NCBI RefSeq assembly: GCF_048593235.1
Contig: NC_133622.1
Location: 244,594,055-244,658,054, forward strand
Origin: Sminthopsis crassicaudata
Taxonomy: Eukaryota
Direction: 5' to 3'
DNA: 64,000 nucleotides
A program made the position numbers and the translations under genes. How positions within the stretch are numbered: position 1 is the stretch's first letter; every line of letters begins with the position of its first letter. Below are positions 41,337-54,005 of this stretch, piece after piece. Under the pieces are notes generated by a model that made no database searches, was not told the origin of the DNA, and worked only from the letters and a program-made list of their open reading frames with translations.

Positions 41337-42293
41337 CTAAGAAAAAAGATGATCTAATTGAAGTTTCTGTCCTCTCATTATTTTTCTGAAAGCATTTTTA
41401 ACATCCTTATTCCTAAGACTGTAGACCAGAGGGTTCAACATAGGGATGACCATGGTGTAGAATATTGACACTATTTTGTCTGAGTCCATTGAATGGTTTG
41501 AACTGGGCTGGAAATACATGAAAATGACTGTCCCATAAAATATGCTTACTGCTGTGAGATGGGAAGCACAGGTGGAGAAGGCTTTCTGGCGGCCTTCTGC
41601 AGAACGAATCTTCAAGATGGTGATGAAGATTAGTAAGTAAGAGGTAAAGATGACAAGAAATGGGAGGAAAGCATTGAATGACCCCAAAATAAAGATTATT
41701 AACTCAGTACTTTGAATATCAGAGCAAGACAGAACTAGAAGAGGGGGGACATCACAGAAAAAGTGATGCACTATATTTGACCTACAAAAGGAAAGGCTAA
41801 AAATGTTTCCTATGACTATGGAGGATGTCAGAAAGCCACAGATGTGAGCACCAGAGACCAGAGATGCACATACAGTTGAAGTCATGGTAGTGGTATAATG
41901 TAGGGGCTTACACACAGCTGCATGGCGATCATAGGCCATTGAGGCTAGGAGGAAACTTTCAACAGTAACAAAGTCCCCAAAGAAGAACAATTGTGCTGCA
42001 CATTCATTATAAGAAATAATTTTGTTTCCCGTGAGGAGCCCAGCCATTACCTTAGGAGCAATAGTTGAAGAATAGACAAAATCTACCAGAGAGAGGTTAC
42101 TGAGAAAAAAATACATGGGGGTGTGGAGGTGGGAATCCCAGGAGATCAGAGCTACCATCCCCAGGTTCCCCACCAGAGTGGTGAGGTAGATGAAGGTGAA
42201 CATTATGAAGAGAGGAACCTGAAGCTCTGGGTCATCTGTTATTCCTTTAAGGATGAACTCATTCACTTCAGATCTGTTCTCCATAGATTCCAT
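41337..42293 (-). CDS. OR5B: Olfactory receptor, OR5B subfamily (copy 4), 318 aa
   Basis: Intact ORF with all OR motifs ([43 protein letters not shown]). Confidence 0.96.
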   Translation of the reverse strand: MESMENRSEVNEFILKGITDDPELQVPLFIMFTFIYLTTLVGNLGMVALISWDSHLHTPMYFFLSNLSLVDFVYSSTIAPKVMAGLLTGNKIISYNECAAQLFFFGDFVTVESFLLASMAYDRHAAVCKPLHYTTTMTSTVCASLVSGAHICGFLTSSIVIGNIFSLSFCRSNIVHHFFCDVPPLLVLSCSDIQSTELIIFILGSFNAFLPFLVIFTSYLLIFITILKIRSAEGRQKAFSTCASHLTAVSIFYGTVIFMYFQPSSNHSMDSDKIVSIFYTMVIPMLNPLVYSLRNKDVKNAFRKIMRGQKLQLDHLFS

Positions 42294-42330
42294 TTAAGAG
42301 TGATGTCATTCAACCTGCAAAAAAAATAAC
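42268..42330 (-). other. Coding-exon splice acceptor plus overlapping 13-codon uORF (copy 4)
   Basis: T-rich tract then gcAG|gttgaATG; uORF 42309-42268. Confidence 0.7.
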
Positions 42331-42735
42331 TTTTAGAAAAATCAACTCCTTGACATCAAAATGTTTAGAAACCCGTCTTATGTGAGGACTAGAAACAAGG
42401 ATTTAAATGACCAATGACACCTGGATATTTGTTATAGCAGTTATTGTAGATCCCCAAAATTCACTCATTTGTTTTCTCAAAAACAGTTGCTCTGCATCTT
42501 GCTTTTAAAAATCTACCACAAATTTAACCGTCCCCACAATGGCTTTTCCCACTTCAGGAAATGGAAGTACCTTGTCTGTGGCAAAAATTAACATTAGAAG
42601 AGGGATTGCTGTAGGTCAGGGTTGAAGAGTTAGATCTCTTGATATGAATGTGTTTCACTTCCTTGAAGAAGGAAGAAAATAGAAATAAAGGAACAAAATA
42701 AAAGGAAACTCAACAACTGAGAGCAGGGAGGAGAG

Positions 42736-43065
42736 TGTAGAGGGCCTGAACTTTGGAGAAGTATACTTGAAAGAAGGATACTTACAACAAGTTAACTCAG
42801 TGGAATTGATGAGATAATTCTTCTTTAGTTCACATATATACTTAGTACTTAGAATGATGATGTAATGGCTCTCTAGTTCATACATATTCAGTATTCTGTA
42901 ATGCTGTAATTGTACTAAGATATACAAGGGCTGAAAGGACTGGGAACTAGAGATTCCATCTTTGACCAACCTCTTGGTGGCTCTTCTGTCTTCTTCACTT
43001 CTCCACTAAAATCAAGGACTCGGGCTGATCCGGAGGACCTCCAGAAAGCTAGACCGTATATTACA
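42736..43065. mobile_element. Solo LTR (330 bp) with 6-bp TSD
   Basis: TGTAGAGGG...ATATTACA; TSD GGAGAG / GGAAAG; empty sites in paralogs at ~56070 and ~63378. Confidence 0.88.
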
Positions 43066-43320
43066 GGAAAGGATCAAAGAATACTGGCCAAGAGTTTATA
43101 GGAATCCTGTTTGTCCTGGATTCATTATTGCTTTAAAGTTTATGCAATTGACTAAAGTCACCAGACCCTGAGTGGGAACAGTTGTTAATGGACATTAGGA
43201 GTATAGTTGTAGAAATCATCTTTCCAAAAGACCACTGGTGGATCACTTAACAATATATGAGTTCTAATTTTGTTTCCCCTACACAACCTGTCCCTATTTC
43301 AATTCAAAAGGCAGCCACAA

Positions 43321-44156
43321 GTTGTGAAAGAATCCAACCATTCTGGAGAGCAATCTGGAATTATGCCCAAAAAGTTATCAAAATGTGCATACCCTTTGAC
43401 GCAGCCATACTATTACTGGGCTTATACCCCAAGGAACTACTAGAGAAGGGAAAGGGACCTGTATGTGCCAAAATGTTTGTGGCAGCCCTTTTCATAGTGG
43501 CTAGAAGCTGGAAGATGAATGGATGTCCATCAATTGGAGAATGGTTGGGTAAACTATGGTATATGAATGTTATGGAATATTATTGTTCTATAAGAAATGA
43601 CCAACAGGAGAAATACAGAGAGGCTTGGAGAGACTTACATCAACTGATGCTGAGTGAAATGAGCAGAACCAGAAGATCATTATACACTTCAACAATGATA
43701 CTGTGACGAGGATGTATGCTGATGGAAGTGGATTTCTTCAACATAGAGAAGAGCTAATCCAATTCCAATTGATTAATGATGGACAGAACCAGCTACATCC
43801 AGAAAAGGAACACTGGGAAATGAATGTAAACTGTTATTTTTACCTTCTGAATCCAATTCTTCCTGTGCAACAAAAAATTCGGTTCTACACACATATATTG
43901 TATCTAAATTATACTGTAATATATTTAACATATATAAGACTGCTTGCCATCTGGGAGAGGGGGTTGGGGGAGGAAGGGAAAAAATCTGAATAGAAGTAAG
44001 TGCAAGGGATAATGTTATAAAAAATTACCCATGCATCTGTACTGTCAAAAAATGTTATAATTATAAAATAAAATAAAAATTTAAAAAAAAAGAACCATTT
44101 CACAAAGAATGAAAAAAATAAATAAATAAAAAATAAAAACTCCAAAAAAAAAAAAA
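43321..44156 (+). mobile_element. 5'-truncated L1 (ORF2 C-terminus plus 3'UTR) with 15-bp TSD and probable 3' transduction
   Basis: Peptide IPFDAAILLLGLYPK...MFVAALFIVARSWKMNGCPSIGEWLGKLWY; TSD AAAAGGCAGCCACAA (43306-43320 / 44157-44171); empty site at ~63613-63627. Confidence 0.95.
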
Positions 44157-47100
44157 AAAAGGCAGCCACAAACAAAGATATTTTGTTCTTTCCTTCACCA
44201 TATATTTTTGGGGGAGGTCCCAGAGTAATTTTGGAGTCTGCATCCTTCAAGTCTGAGATGAAATTTCACCTATTAATCCATTGATCTCAGGCTAAATGCC
44301 TGTTTGTAAGCTGACATAAGCATGATATTTGCATAGAGATTATGAGACTCCTTGATAGCAGGGACTGTATTTTACTTTTCTTTGTATTTTCAGTGATTAG
44401 CATGGTGCTTGGTCAGTGATGATGTGCAATGTCTAGACTAAAGTAAATTGGCCTTTAAGCTTTAGACAATGACATTTTACATTCCCAGGCATCGTTTTAA
44501 TGTTCCACAGCTTGGAAGGACTTGCCACTCCTTTAGTCTTATTTAATTAGTTTCACCTTTACCATCATGAAATATTTCAAGTACTCATAGAACTTATAAA
44601 TAAGCTGCCACATGCTATCTGTTCCAAGTTGTGTCTTTAAATATATACATACACATGTATACATGTGTGTATATTTATACACATACATGCATATATATAT
44701 ATGTAGTAAGACAAACAATTTCAAGTTAGCATAACTCCTCAGAAATCATCTACTTCAACTCACATTTGACTAGTCACCTCTATCAAAGCCCACTAAAAGT
44801 CATTAGATACATAGATAGATATAGATATCTATATATCTAGATACCTATATTTATCTATCTATCTAGTACTATATTGGAGTTTCCAAGGAATTACACTACA
44901 TAGTCAAGATGAATTAAATTCTCTAATACATAAAAAACAAATCTGGCAGCCAAAGTACCATTGAGAAAAGACAGATAGGATTGGGAAGTGCCTCTGGCCA
45001 GGTTTTTCCTTTATTTGAATTAAATAGGATAAATTACAGCAGACTATTATTATATTTTTAAACTGAGAAAATATACTGATATAAAGAATCCAGGAAGAAT
45101 GTAGGAAAACATGGTAGAATCCATTTATAGTGTTTTCACTATATTACTGATGAAAATCTTCAATTATCAGGCCCAGAATGTTTTCTATTATTCTGAATAT
45201 TTATTCTGTCTCCTTGCCTCTCAATGCTGTTCTTTATCTCTGTTTCTCTGTCTCTATCTCTGAATATTTGTATCTGTGTCTCCCTCTCTCTAATTTTGCA
45301 TTTTATTTTATTTGCTTGTTTCTTCCAATGTGTCTCTTTTTATTTGTATGTATATTTATCTTTTTATCTATCCATCTATGTACCTGACTACATATTTGAG
45401 TTCTAATATTCCTTGGATTTTCATTTATTTCTTCTATGATTCCATGGAAGGTAATCAATCCTTCTGCTCCTTTGATCCCTCATTTAAAAAAAAAACTGGA
45501 ATAATATTTTCGGATATGGGGGGTGTCATACAATGGTTGGGAGAAGAGTGTTTTTCAAGAATCAAATGCTATAGATTTGAAAGTTCCCAAAATCAGGTTA
45601 TTGAGCTCATGTGTGACAATGGATGAGTATGGGCTCTGAAAAATAGAAATACATAGAGAAAAGAACATAGAGATGCTCATATACTACAAAAAACTTGTTT
45701 GGCAATCTGTTATATCGAGAGAGTTTTGATCTTTGGTTCGAGAGCATGTAGATTTAAATAGAACTTCAGACTTTTAATTATATATATCTGGACAAATCAG
45801 TTAAGTCAATGATTCCTCAGATTGCTTATCTCCAAAAAAGAGGAAAGATATAGGAATGGAATTTATCTTAAATAGTTGTTGGGAGATTTAAATGAGAAAA
45901 TTGGTTATTAGACGATGATTTTTGAAGTTCTTTCCATTTCTGAATCAATGATCCCATCATACTTTTAATCTATATTAGTTTAAAAAATATCTATTCTTCA
46001 TAATACTATATTGAAAGAACTTTCTTTTTCTAATGTGGTTAATGTGAAATTGATAGGTAAGGACAAAGTAAATGAATAAAAGTTTATTTCTTAGACTGTT
46101 AGAGAAGGTTTTGCAAATATTAAGAAAGAAGTATTTTCTACTAATATAATTGAAACTTATTAAGTGGAAAACAAAGTAACCCAGAATCAAGGTTTTGAGT
46201 AATGTTTGTCTCATATGTGGCAGTGTGCCATTTTTGCAATTTACACTACTGAATGAAATTTAAATAGATACATACATAGTCTGTGATAATCCTTTTCACT
46301 GATATATTCAAGATTTTGTTCTTCTTGAGTTCCCATATTTAGAGAGAGCTCTTCTTTGTTGGCAAGATTGGCAAGGTAATTTGTTTTCTACTCAGAAATA
46401 ACTCAGGCATTGATCAATAATACTCTCTTGGAAAGGTTTTTGATTAGGAAGTTGAAGACTTGGTTTTAATTTTATATAGATATTTACTTAGTTTTTCTAT
46501 GATTCTATGAATGCTATTTGATCTTTCCACACCTCTGCCTGCTCATTGGAAATATGCACATAATATTTTTTTTTATGTGGGTCACACTGATTGGAAGGAA
46601 TTATTTTTCAAGAATAAATGCTATAGATATAAGTTATCAAGATCAGATTCTTAGGTTTGTGTGTGACCATGGATGAGCAGAGGCTCTGAGAAACACAAAT
46701 AGAGAAAAAAGGATAGCAGTGTTCCTGTATTATAAAAAAGTAACATGACAATATGGTGTAGTAGAGAGAGCTTTGATTTTTGAGTCAAGAAGATGTGGAT
46801 TAAAATCCCATTTCAAACCCTTATACTTGTTTATGCCTGGACAAATCACTTAAACTAACTGCTTTCAGATTATTTACTTGTAAAAGGAAGAAGAATCTCA
46901 GAGTAATGGTATTTATCCTAAATAGTTGGGAGATTAAAATGAGATTATTGAAGAGATTTCTAATATCGTATAAATGTAAGCTATTATTATTCAGGTAAAA
47001 AACTCTTATCTCCTCTAATTTTTTAATTGTCTCCCCTAAATATTTTTATGCAGTGCCTTACACACAGTATACAGTAAATGATATTAAATTATGTACTCAT

Positions 47101-47849
47101 TGGTCTACAGAGTCACCTATTCCTTAAATGGCTCCTTTTATTACTAAAGGATGAAGAGTCTGAAAAGACACAAATAAGTAGCAAATAAATGTTTGAGCCC
47201 AATTTTCATACATGATCCCATTTGAGCATTTAGACAAACCTATGAAATAAGTACTAAAAGTGTACTACATGTGTAACTATGCACTCTTCATGGATAAGGA
47301 AAAAGAATTCAATAGACTTACCCTTGGAAAAAAATGAGGCAGGACCTTGAGATAGAAAATTTTTTTGTACAGGTCTTCCTGCCTCCATGTCCAGCAGTGT
47401 TTCCACTATTCCATTTGTATCTAAATAAACATTGTACCCTTGAATTTGGATATCCTAGAATCTTGGTGGCTTAAAGTAGAGAAAATTGGCCAAAATTCCA
47501 AAAAGGAGGGAGAGGCAAGATTTTTATATTTATTTTGACCTTGAAGTTCCAAGTCTAACAAACCTATGATCATATTGGGGAAAAAAACTCTTCACTAGAC
47601 ACTGGGGAAGGGGTCAAAGGTATCTAGTGGTATAGTATCTGGTCACTTCTGGTCATTGCTATGGCATGGATGACAGAAGAATTAGTGATTTCCATTCCTA
47701 TCCTACATTTAGTTCAGCGTCAGGAAACAAAAAATAAACTAGATGAATGAGTGAATGACTCAGAGAACTTAACTCATCAGCTGGAACCTCAGAACTAAGC
47801 CCTTTCACTGAACAGTTTAATGTCAGTGACTGAAACAGGGACTTTATTC

Positions 47850-47990
47850 AGCCCTGGCAGCCGTGAGGCTCTTGGGAGATGGTGCTCCCTTGGACGTTCT
47901 GGTATGTCTGCTGCCAACTCCTGAACAAAACAATCAATTAAATTCTGTTCTGACGAGGAGAAAAGAACAATTTTCTTATGGATATTTTGT
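47850..47990 (-). promoter_or_regulatory. Putative promoter module of OR copy 4
   Basis: CTCTTGGGAG, CTCCCTTGGAC and CAATTAAATT; about 5.6 kb upstream. Confidence 0.62.
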
Positions 47991-48141
47991 ACTTCTTTGC
48001 TTGTTTTTAGCAAAGTGAGATAGCATGGGACCTGGGAAAGGCTTCTAGTCCCACTTCTACTATCTTCTAACTGAGTGACATTGGTCAAGTCATTGAACAG
48101 CATAAAATCTCAATTTAGTCTTCTTTGAAATGGGTATAATT

Positions 48142-48297
48142 GTGCAGCTTGGGTGGTGCAGTGGATAGGATATTGGTCCTTGAATCCAAAACACCTGAGT
48201 TCAAATATTACCTCAGACATTTCACATTAACTTGTTGTGTGACTCTGGGCAAGTCACTTTACCTTTTTACCTCAAAACAACAACAATAAAATAAAAA
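48142..48297 (+). mobile_element. Marsupial CORE-SINE (WSINE/MAR1-like), older
   Basis: GCAGCTTGGGTGGTGCAGTGGATAG...GAGTTCAAAT...GACTCTGGGCAAGTCACTTTACC plus A-rich tail. Confidence 0.8.
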
Positions 48298-49485
48298 CTT
48301 GTATTAGTCACAGTCCTGAATTAAATTCATACACAGACACTAGCTCCAAGTCATTGAATCTATGTTTGCCTCACTTTTATCTTAACTATAGAATAAGGAT
48401 AATAATAGTATCTGCTCCCATGTTGATTGTGTAGATCTAAAGTGATAGTACTTGTAAAGCATTCAGTTGTTTATTTGATATATGAGAATGCTATAGAACT
48501 ACTAACTACCATTATGATCATTATCATCATCACCATCCTAGTACTCATACACTGGCTGAAACTCTATTGAATTCATATGAGAATTTGTCAAGTTGAAAAA
48601 CAATATCATCTGGAGAGGATGAGTTTAAAATGGAAATTCCAGCCTTAATATTACAATGAAAGGCAAGATAAAAAAGGTTTTTACAGTATACTTCTAATAA
48701 TCTAAGACGGTTTCCAGAACATTTTTAGTGAGAATGATCTGTGAACCCCCTTTCCAAATCTTCTGATGAGTTGTTTTCAACAACACAGTTACCTAATAGT
48801 CCAAGATGGTTCAAGTAGGTTTTAAATGAGAACAATCTGTGAACCCCTTTTCCAAATCTTCTAATGATTTGCTTTCAACAAAACAAAGTTGCATATCATC
48901 TTTCTAACACAACATCATCAGATTTCTCAGCTCATTATTTAGATGGTAACAGAAGGAAACAAGGGAATCACTCTGGGATGATAAAATGAAAGAGAAGAAA
49001 TGTATTTGCATGTGGCCATCCATTGAGAATCAATCTGCATTCAAATGTAGAACCTTTGTGATATTATGGAAATGATTTAAAGTGCTGAAGAATTGAAAGA
49101 ATCCCTCAAACTTATCAGAAGTAGTCCATGAGTTGGATGTAAAATTTGCACACATCCGCAAATGAGTGTGTTCTTGATATTGAAAGTTTCAAATTGCTGC
49201 AGAAACTAGGCTAAAATAGTTCAAATATGCGCATTCTTGCTTTCACAAAAGGGAAAAGACACATAAAACATAATAGATTATTTGTTTGTAGCATCAAGAA
49301 AATTTGGTTAGCCCTAACTCCAATAAGTATCATTACAAACCTCCAAAGAGTTTGTGTACCATTAAAAGGGAATTTGCATTAAACCATTGTACCACTAACT
49401 TGAAGAACAATTCTGGCTCCTAGTCCAACCTTTCATAAAGTAAGTTCTTGCAAGATATTTGTTAAAATTTCCTAACAAAAAAAGG

Positions 49486-50223
49486 GAAATGAAGCTCAAC
49501 TCTGACCCAAATATCCCATGTAACATAGTAATGATGAACTCAGAATAAAAATTCTTCAAAATACTGATATTCTGCCCTGACAATAATGACTGTGATTTTC
49601 TTGATTGATGAAAATCTATTGTGTTAATGGAAGGGAGTTATGTGGTTTACCTTTTATGCTTTGTTGTCAACCATAAAATGTAGAAATAAATAAATGAATG
49701 AGGGAAAACATTTATTCAGTGTCTATTTATGTACAAAGTACTGTTCCCAGTGCTGAAGATATACATAAAAAGTAGAACAACCCTTGCTCTTAGAGATCAT
49801 TAATTTAATCATGGATTATACATGTGGGAATGTAGGAGAAGCTTACCCAAAATGACTATGCAGAGATCATTCAGTAGAAAGCAGGAATGTTGTTTATTAA
49901 AACCTTCAGAGCATGAGCTGCCTCATCACAAGATAAGAGAGAGAAAGCTTTTGGTAAGAGGGCTAAAGAAGAAATACACTCAACTTTTATACAAGAGATT
50001 ATATCACAAGTAAGAGAGCATTGAGAAGGGGAGGGGGAGGCATCTAATTGGTTGTTGCTATTTGGAGAGATTGGAATGGAAGGTTTCTGTTTCCCCAAAA
50101 TCACCTGATTTCTAGGAAACAGAAAATCAGGCCTTCAGATTTAATCAAGCAAATAGTAGTCAAGCTAATAGACTAAATATCGATAAATGTCAAATACTGA
50201 GAAATGTCATCAGCTCAGGTTAA
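49486..50223 (+). repeat. ~740-bp direct repeat, copy A (L2-like piece plus LTR-like piece)
   Basis: Colinear with 53262-54005 from GAAATGAAGCTCAACTCTGACCC to ATCAGCTCAGGTTAA. Confidence 0.92.
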
Positions 50224-50859
50224 GTAAATATGTTTATAGCTGGCCAAGGCTCAAGTAAATATGGGCTTGTACATATTATAGAGGTCATAGGAGAAACACA
50301 GAAATAATGAAAATAAAATACAAAAAAAGAATTCATATATTCCTGTAAGTTCTTCACCTTATCTCTCTATTCCACACATAAGTCATTCTAGCTGCAAATG
50401 CTACATAAAGACTATGGTCTATTAACTTAAAAAATAGGAACACATACTATTTCTATTGATATGATTATCCATTTTTCATGTTATTGATAAAAGCAGCGAT
50501 GTTCAATGGTTAACCATTTGACACTGCCAGTATCTTTGTTGTCAAAAGTGTTTTCCTCATAAGTGTTTTGTTAGCATTGTCTGAATGGAGAGCAGCAGAA
50601 TGTAGAAATTGGAAAAATAGCAGATTTCATCTTTAAAAAAAGCTATCATATTATAAAATGTAAAACATGTTATCTCTTTTCAATTTGTTGATTCCAAATT
50701 TTCACTGCCTTATATACTCTAATACATTTATATAACTATAGCACACTGCACATATGATAACTATATATTGTGCTTGCAGTACCACATAAACAACTTGCTA
50801 TTATGTGCAGATGTCTCCTTGCCATTTTAGTATAAGTCTGCTTTAATTATAGCACAGGT

Positions 50860-53261
50860 TGTCAAGCCCCCTGACTTCTCAGGAAGGCCAAGACTCCCCC
50901 TAAAGCAGATGGAGAGTCAAACCACCATGTCAGCAGGGTTCCTTTTACTAGACGAAAGGACTATACCTCATCCAGAGTTCACCATTATCTGTGACCTTCT
51001 GCATATCCTGCTTTCTTTTGTTTTAATTGAAGCAAGTATATATCAGTAGTTAAAGCATAAACAAGTTTTAGCATAGGAGGAATCACATAGGCAAGTAGTA
51101 ATATAACAATCAATATGAATAAATATGATATCATAAAAAAACTTCCATGAGTTTAATTCACAACCACACACATCCTCCATCAGCCAATCTATTGTTCATC
51201 ACTTCATGCATCAGGGAATCCAATGATTTCTGCAGGTTTTGAAGTCCTGCATTAGCAATTATTTTTGTGGTCATGGTAATGTTTGTTGGTCAATTGCCCT
51301 ACATATAGTGTAACAGTCATGTTCTTTCAATGGCAGATGTAGTCAGAGATGGAACCCCTTGATATTTCTTGGGTCTTCTCCTTTGTTTCACGGGTTTTCT
51401 CTTTTTCCATCTGTCTGATGGACAAGGCAGATAAGGAATGTTGGCACCTATTGGATTCCTTCTCCATCTATAGAAATACAAGCAAACATTTTCCCCCAAG
51501 CAGTTAAATTATCTGGTCCCTTCCATTCACTTCTCTCTGGATCTCTCCACATCACTGCCTTTCCAGTGGGTTATGAAACCTGTCTTCCAGAACCTCATCA
51601 AAAAAACTAAAAAATTAATAGTATAAAGAAGCAAGTTTAGAAGTTCTCTAGGATTACCTATGGCTCCCACTTTCTTTAATTTTTGTTTCTCCTTTCTACT
51701 ATCTATTGCCTGTCTTTGGGCACTGAAGAATATGCCAATGCTGTGTGAAATCTGATACTGTACAAAAAGTGTGAGAAATATTTGGAAGTATATGCAGGTC
51801 CATTACCTGTTTTTATTGCTTGTGAAATGCCCAAAGCTGCAAAGGCCTGTGTAAGGAATTCAGTGACCACCCAGGCTGTCTCTTTTGCTGATGGTACTGC
51901 AAGAGTCAATCCTGAAAAGGTGTCCATGGCAACATGGATAAAAAACAGATGACCAAAAGATTTAAATTGGGTCACATCTATTTGCTAAATTTCACTGGGC
52001 TTCAAATCATGAGGGTTCTTCCCTGGAGGAAGTGTAGGCTTTACAGGCTTTTACTATGCTCCTAACTTCCTCTTTTATTATTCCAAACTGCAGATGCAAA
52101 GCTCAAGCTGCCTGATGATCTTCAGAATGAGATTCTTTGGCTGCCTGAAATAGGAAAGTATTTGCTAACATTGTGAAGAGGTGATTTACCTTTGTTTCCA
52201 TAAAAAATTGGTCCTGGAAGAACAGTATAAGAAGGTACATGCAAAAGGGAATACTTACTTGGGCGGTTTTGCACCTGCATCTTAAGTTCCTTAAAAAGCT
52301 GAAATATGTTAAAAGTTACAAATTTATTTGGGCTATGGCAATTTTTTGTAACACCTTTGTAACCTACTGAATAAGTCAATTCAGATATTATATTTACATC
52401 TCCTGGGAAATAAGTAAGAGCTAATATATTTGCATACATCTCATTCTGCTGAGTAGACTGACTATTCTTTTTATAAATAAAATAGGAGAATATACAGCAC
52501 AAATATTATGTTTGGACACATATGTAAAGATGGTCAATCCTTTAAGAGAGATTTTAGAAACCTTTTCTTCAAAAAGCCATGGCCAATTATTTAATATCCA
52601 GACTATCTTTAAGGGAGACTTGTGTGTAAAATTTGTAGCTGTGGCCAATAATGTTTACCACTCTGGGATGGTTTCACAGCATACATTAATTTGTATATTG
52701 GTATAAAAGGTGTATATCTTGTTATGTCCTATCCTAGCTAATTGCATTACTTTTTTAATGGCTTTTAACAAGATTCTATCCACAAGCACTGGATGAGAAC
52801 TAAGCCTTTGGTCTGGTTATGGTGTTTTTGCTATGAATTTCTAGTCATTAGGGGTTAGGATTTCATAAATCAAATTCTCTAATAATATCCTAAGATAAGA
52901 TGATGTAGATCGATAAAGAATGCAAGCCTTTTTCACAACTTTGATAACTTCCAGATTAAAAGGATTGTGTCTTCTCCAGATTTGATCTGGAGGCCCATTA
53001 GGATCACGTTCTTCATTCACAGGGTATGTTTTTCTTCTCAACCCAAATATATCCCATCCCTACTCCCTTGCTTAAACTACTTCTGTTTATAATTGGGACA
53101 AAGGAGGAGGGCAAAACTGTGTTGGTGGTGCCTATGGTGTCAGTACTCCTCCAGCTTCTTCTTTTACTCCCCCAAAGGTGGAATTGAGAGAGAAGGATCA
53201 GGAAGCAGAGGATACCCCAGGGGTTCCTATGTGGGCATTGGTGAAGGGGAATTGAGAAACT
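50860..53261 (-). mobile_element. Heavily deleted endogenous retrovirus: beta-like gag/pol, env TM remnant, PPT and short 3' LTR
   Basis: gag CA-like HNPFNLEVIKVVKKAC (~53040-52900); RT start W..NWP...EEK and SPILFIKR (~52650-52470); RNase H-like VNIISELTY...VLPGPIFYGN (~52460-52190); IN HHCC-like SHSEDHQAA..IVKAC and core QIDVTQF...HVAMDTFSG...IKTGNGPAYTS (~52140-51750); IN C-terminus MWRDPE..EWKGPD; env ISD-like 51250-51164; PPT 51024-51004; LTR 51003-50860. No 5' LTR; stops and frameshifts throughout. Confidence 0.9.
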
Positions 53262-54005
53262 GAAATGAAGCTCAACTCTGACCCAAATGTCCTCCATAAC
53301 ATAGTAATGATGGATACAGAATAAAAATACTTCAAACTACTGATATTCTGCCCTGACAATAATGACTGTGATTTTCTTGGTTGATGAAAATCTATTGTGT
53401 TAATGGAAGGGAGTTATGTGGTTTACCTTTTATGCTTTGTTGTCAACAATAAAATGTAGAAATGAACAAATGAATGAGGGAAAACATTTATTCAGTGTCT
53501 ATTTATATACAAAGTACTGTTCCCAGTGCTGAAGATATATATCAAAAAGTAGAACAACCCTTGCTCTTAGAGATCATTAATCTCATCATGGATTATACAT
53601 GTGAGGGATGTAGGAGAAGCTTACCCAAAATGACTACACAGAAATCAATCAGTAGAAAGCAGGAATGTTGTTTATTAAAACCTCCAAAACATGAGCCGTC
53701 TCATCAGGAGATAATAAAGGGAAAGCTCTTGGTAGGAGGGCTAAAGAAGTAGTAAAGACACACAGCTTTTATACAAGAGATTACATCACAAGTAAGAGAG
53801 CATTGAGAAGGGGAGGGGGAGGCATTGAATTCATTGTTGCTATTTGGAGAGATTGGAATGGAAGGTTTCTGTTTCCCCAAAATCACCTGATTTCTAGGAA
53901 ATAGAAAATCAGGCCTTCAGACTTAATTAAGCAAATAGTGGTCAAGCTAATAGACTAAATATCAATAAATGCCAAATACTGAGAACTGCCATCAGCTCAG
54001 GTTAA
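53262..54005 (+). repeat. ~740-bp direct repeat, copy B
   Basis: Abuts the ERV gag fragment on the left and the start of unit 5 on the right. Confidence 0.92.

Larger units (their letters stand above)
39970..48120 (+). repeat. Segmental duplication unit 4 (paralogs ~54015-59320 and ~60605-63850)
   Basis: Long colinear similarity. Unit 5 lacks the homolog of ~43280-45090. Confidence 0.9.

Noticed and set aside
49486-54005. The 740-bp direct repeats as the LTR pair of the enclosed ERV
   Set aside because: They contain an L2-like fragment and lack TG...CA ends. The ERV has its own PPT and LTR at 51024-50860, separated from repeat A by ~640 bp of unrelated DNA.
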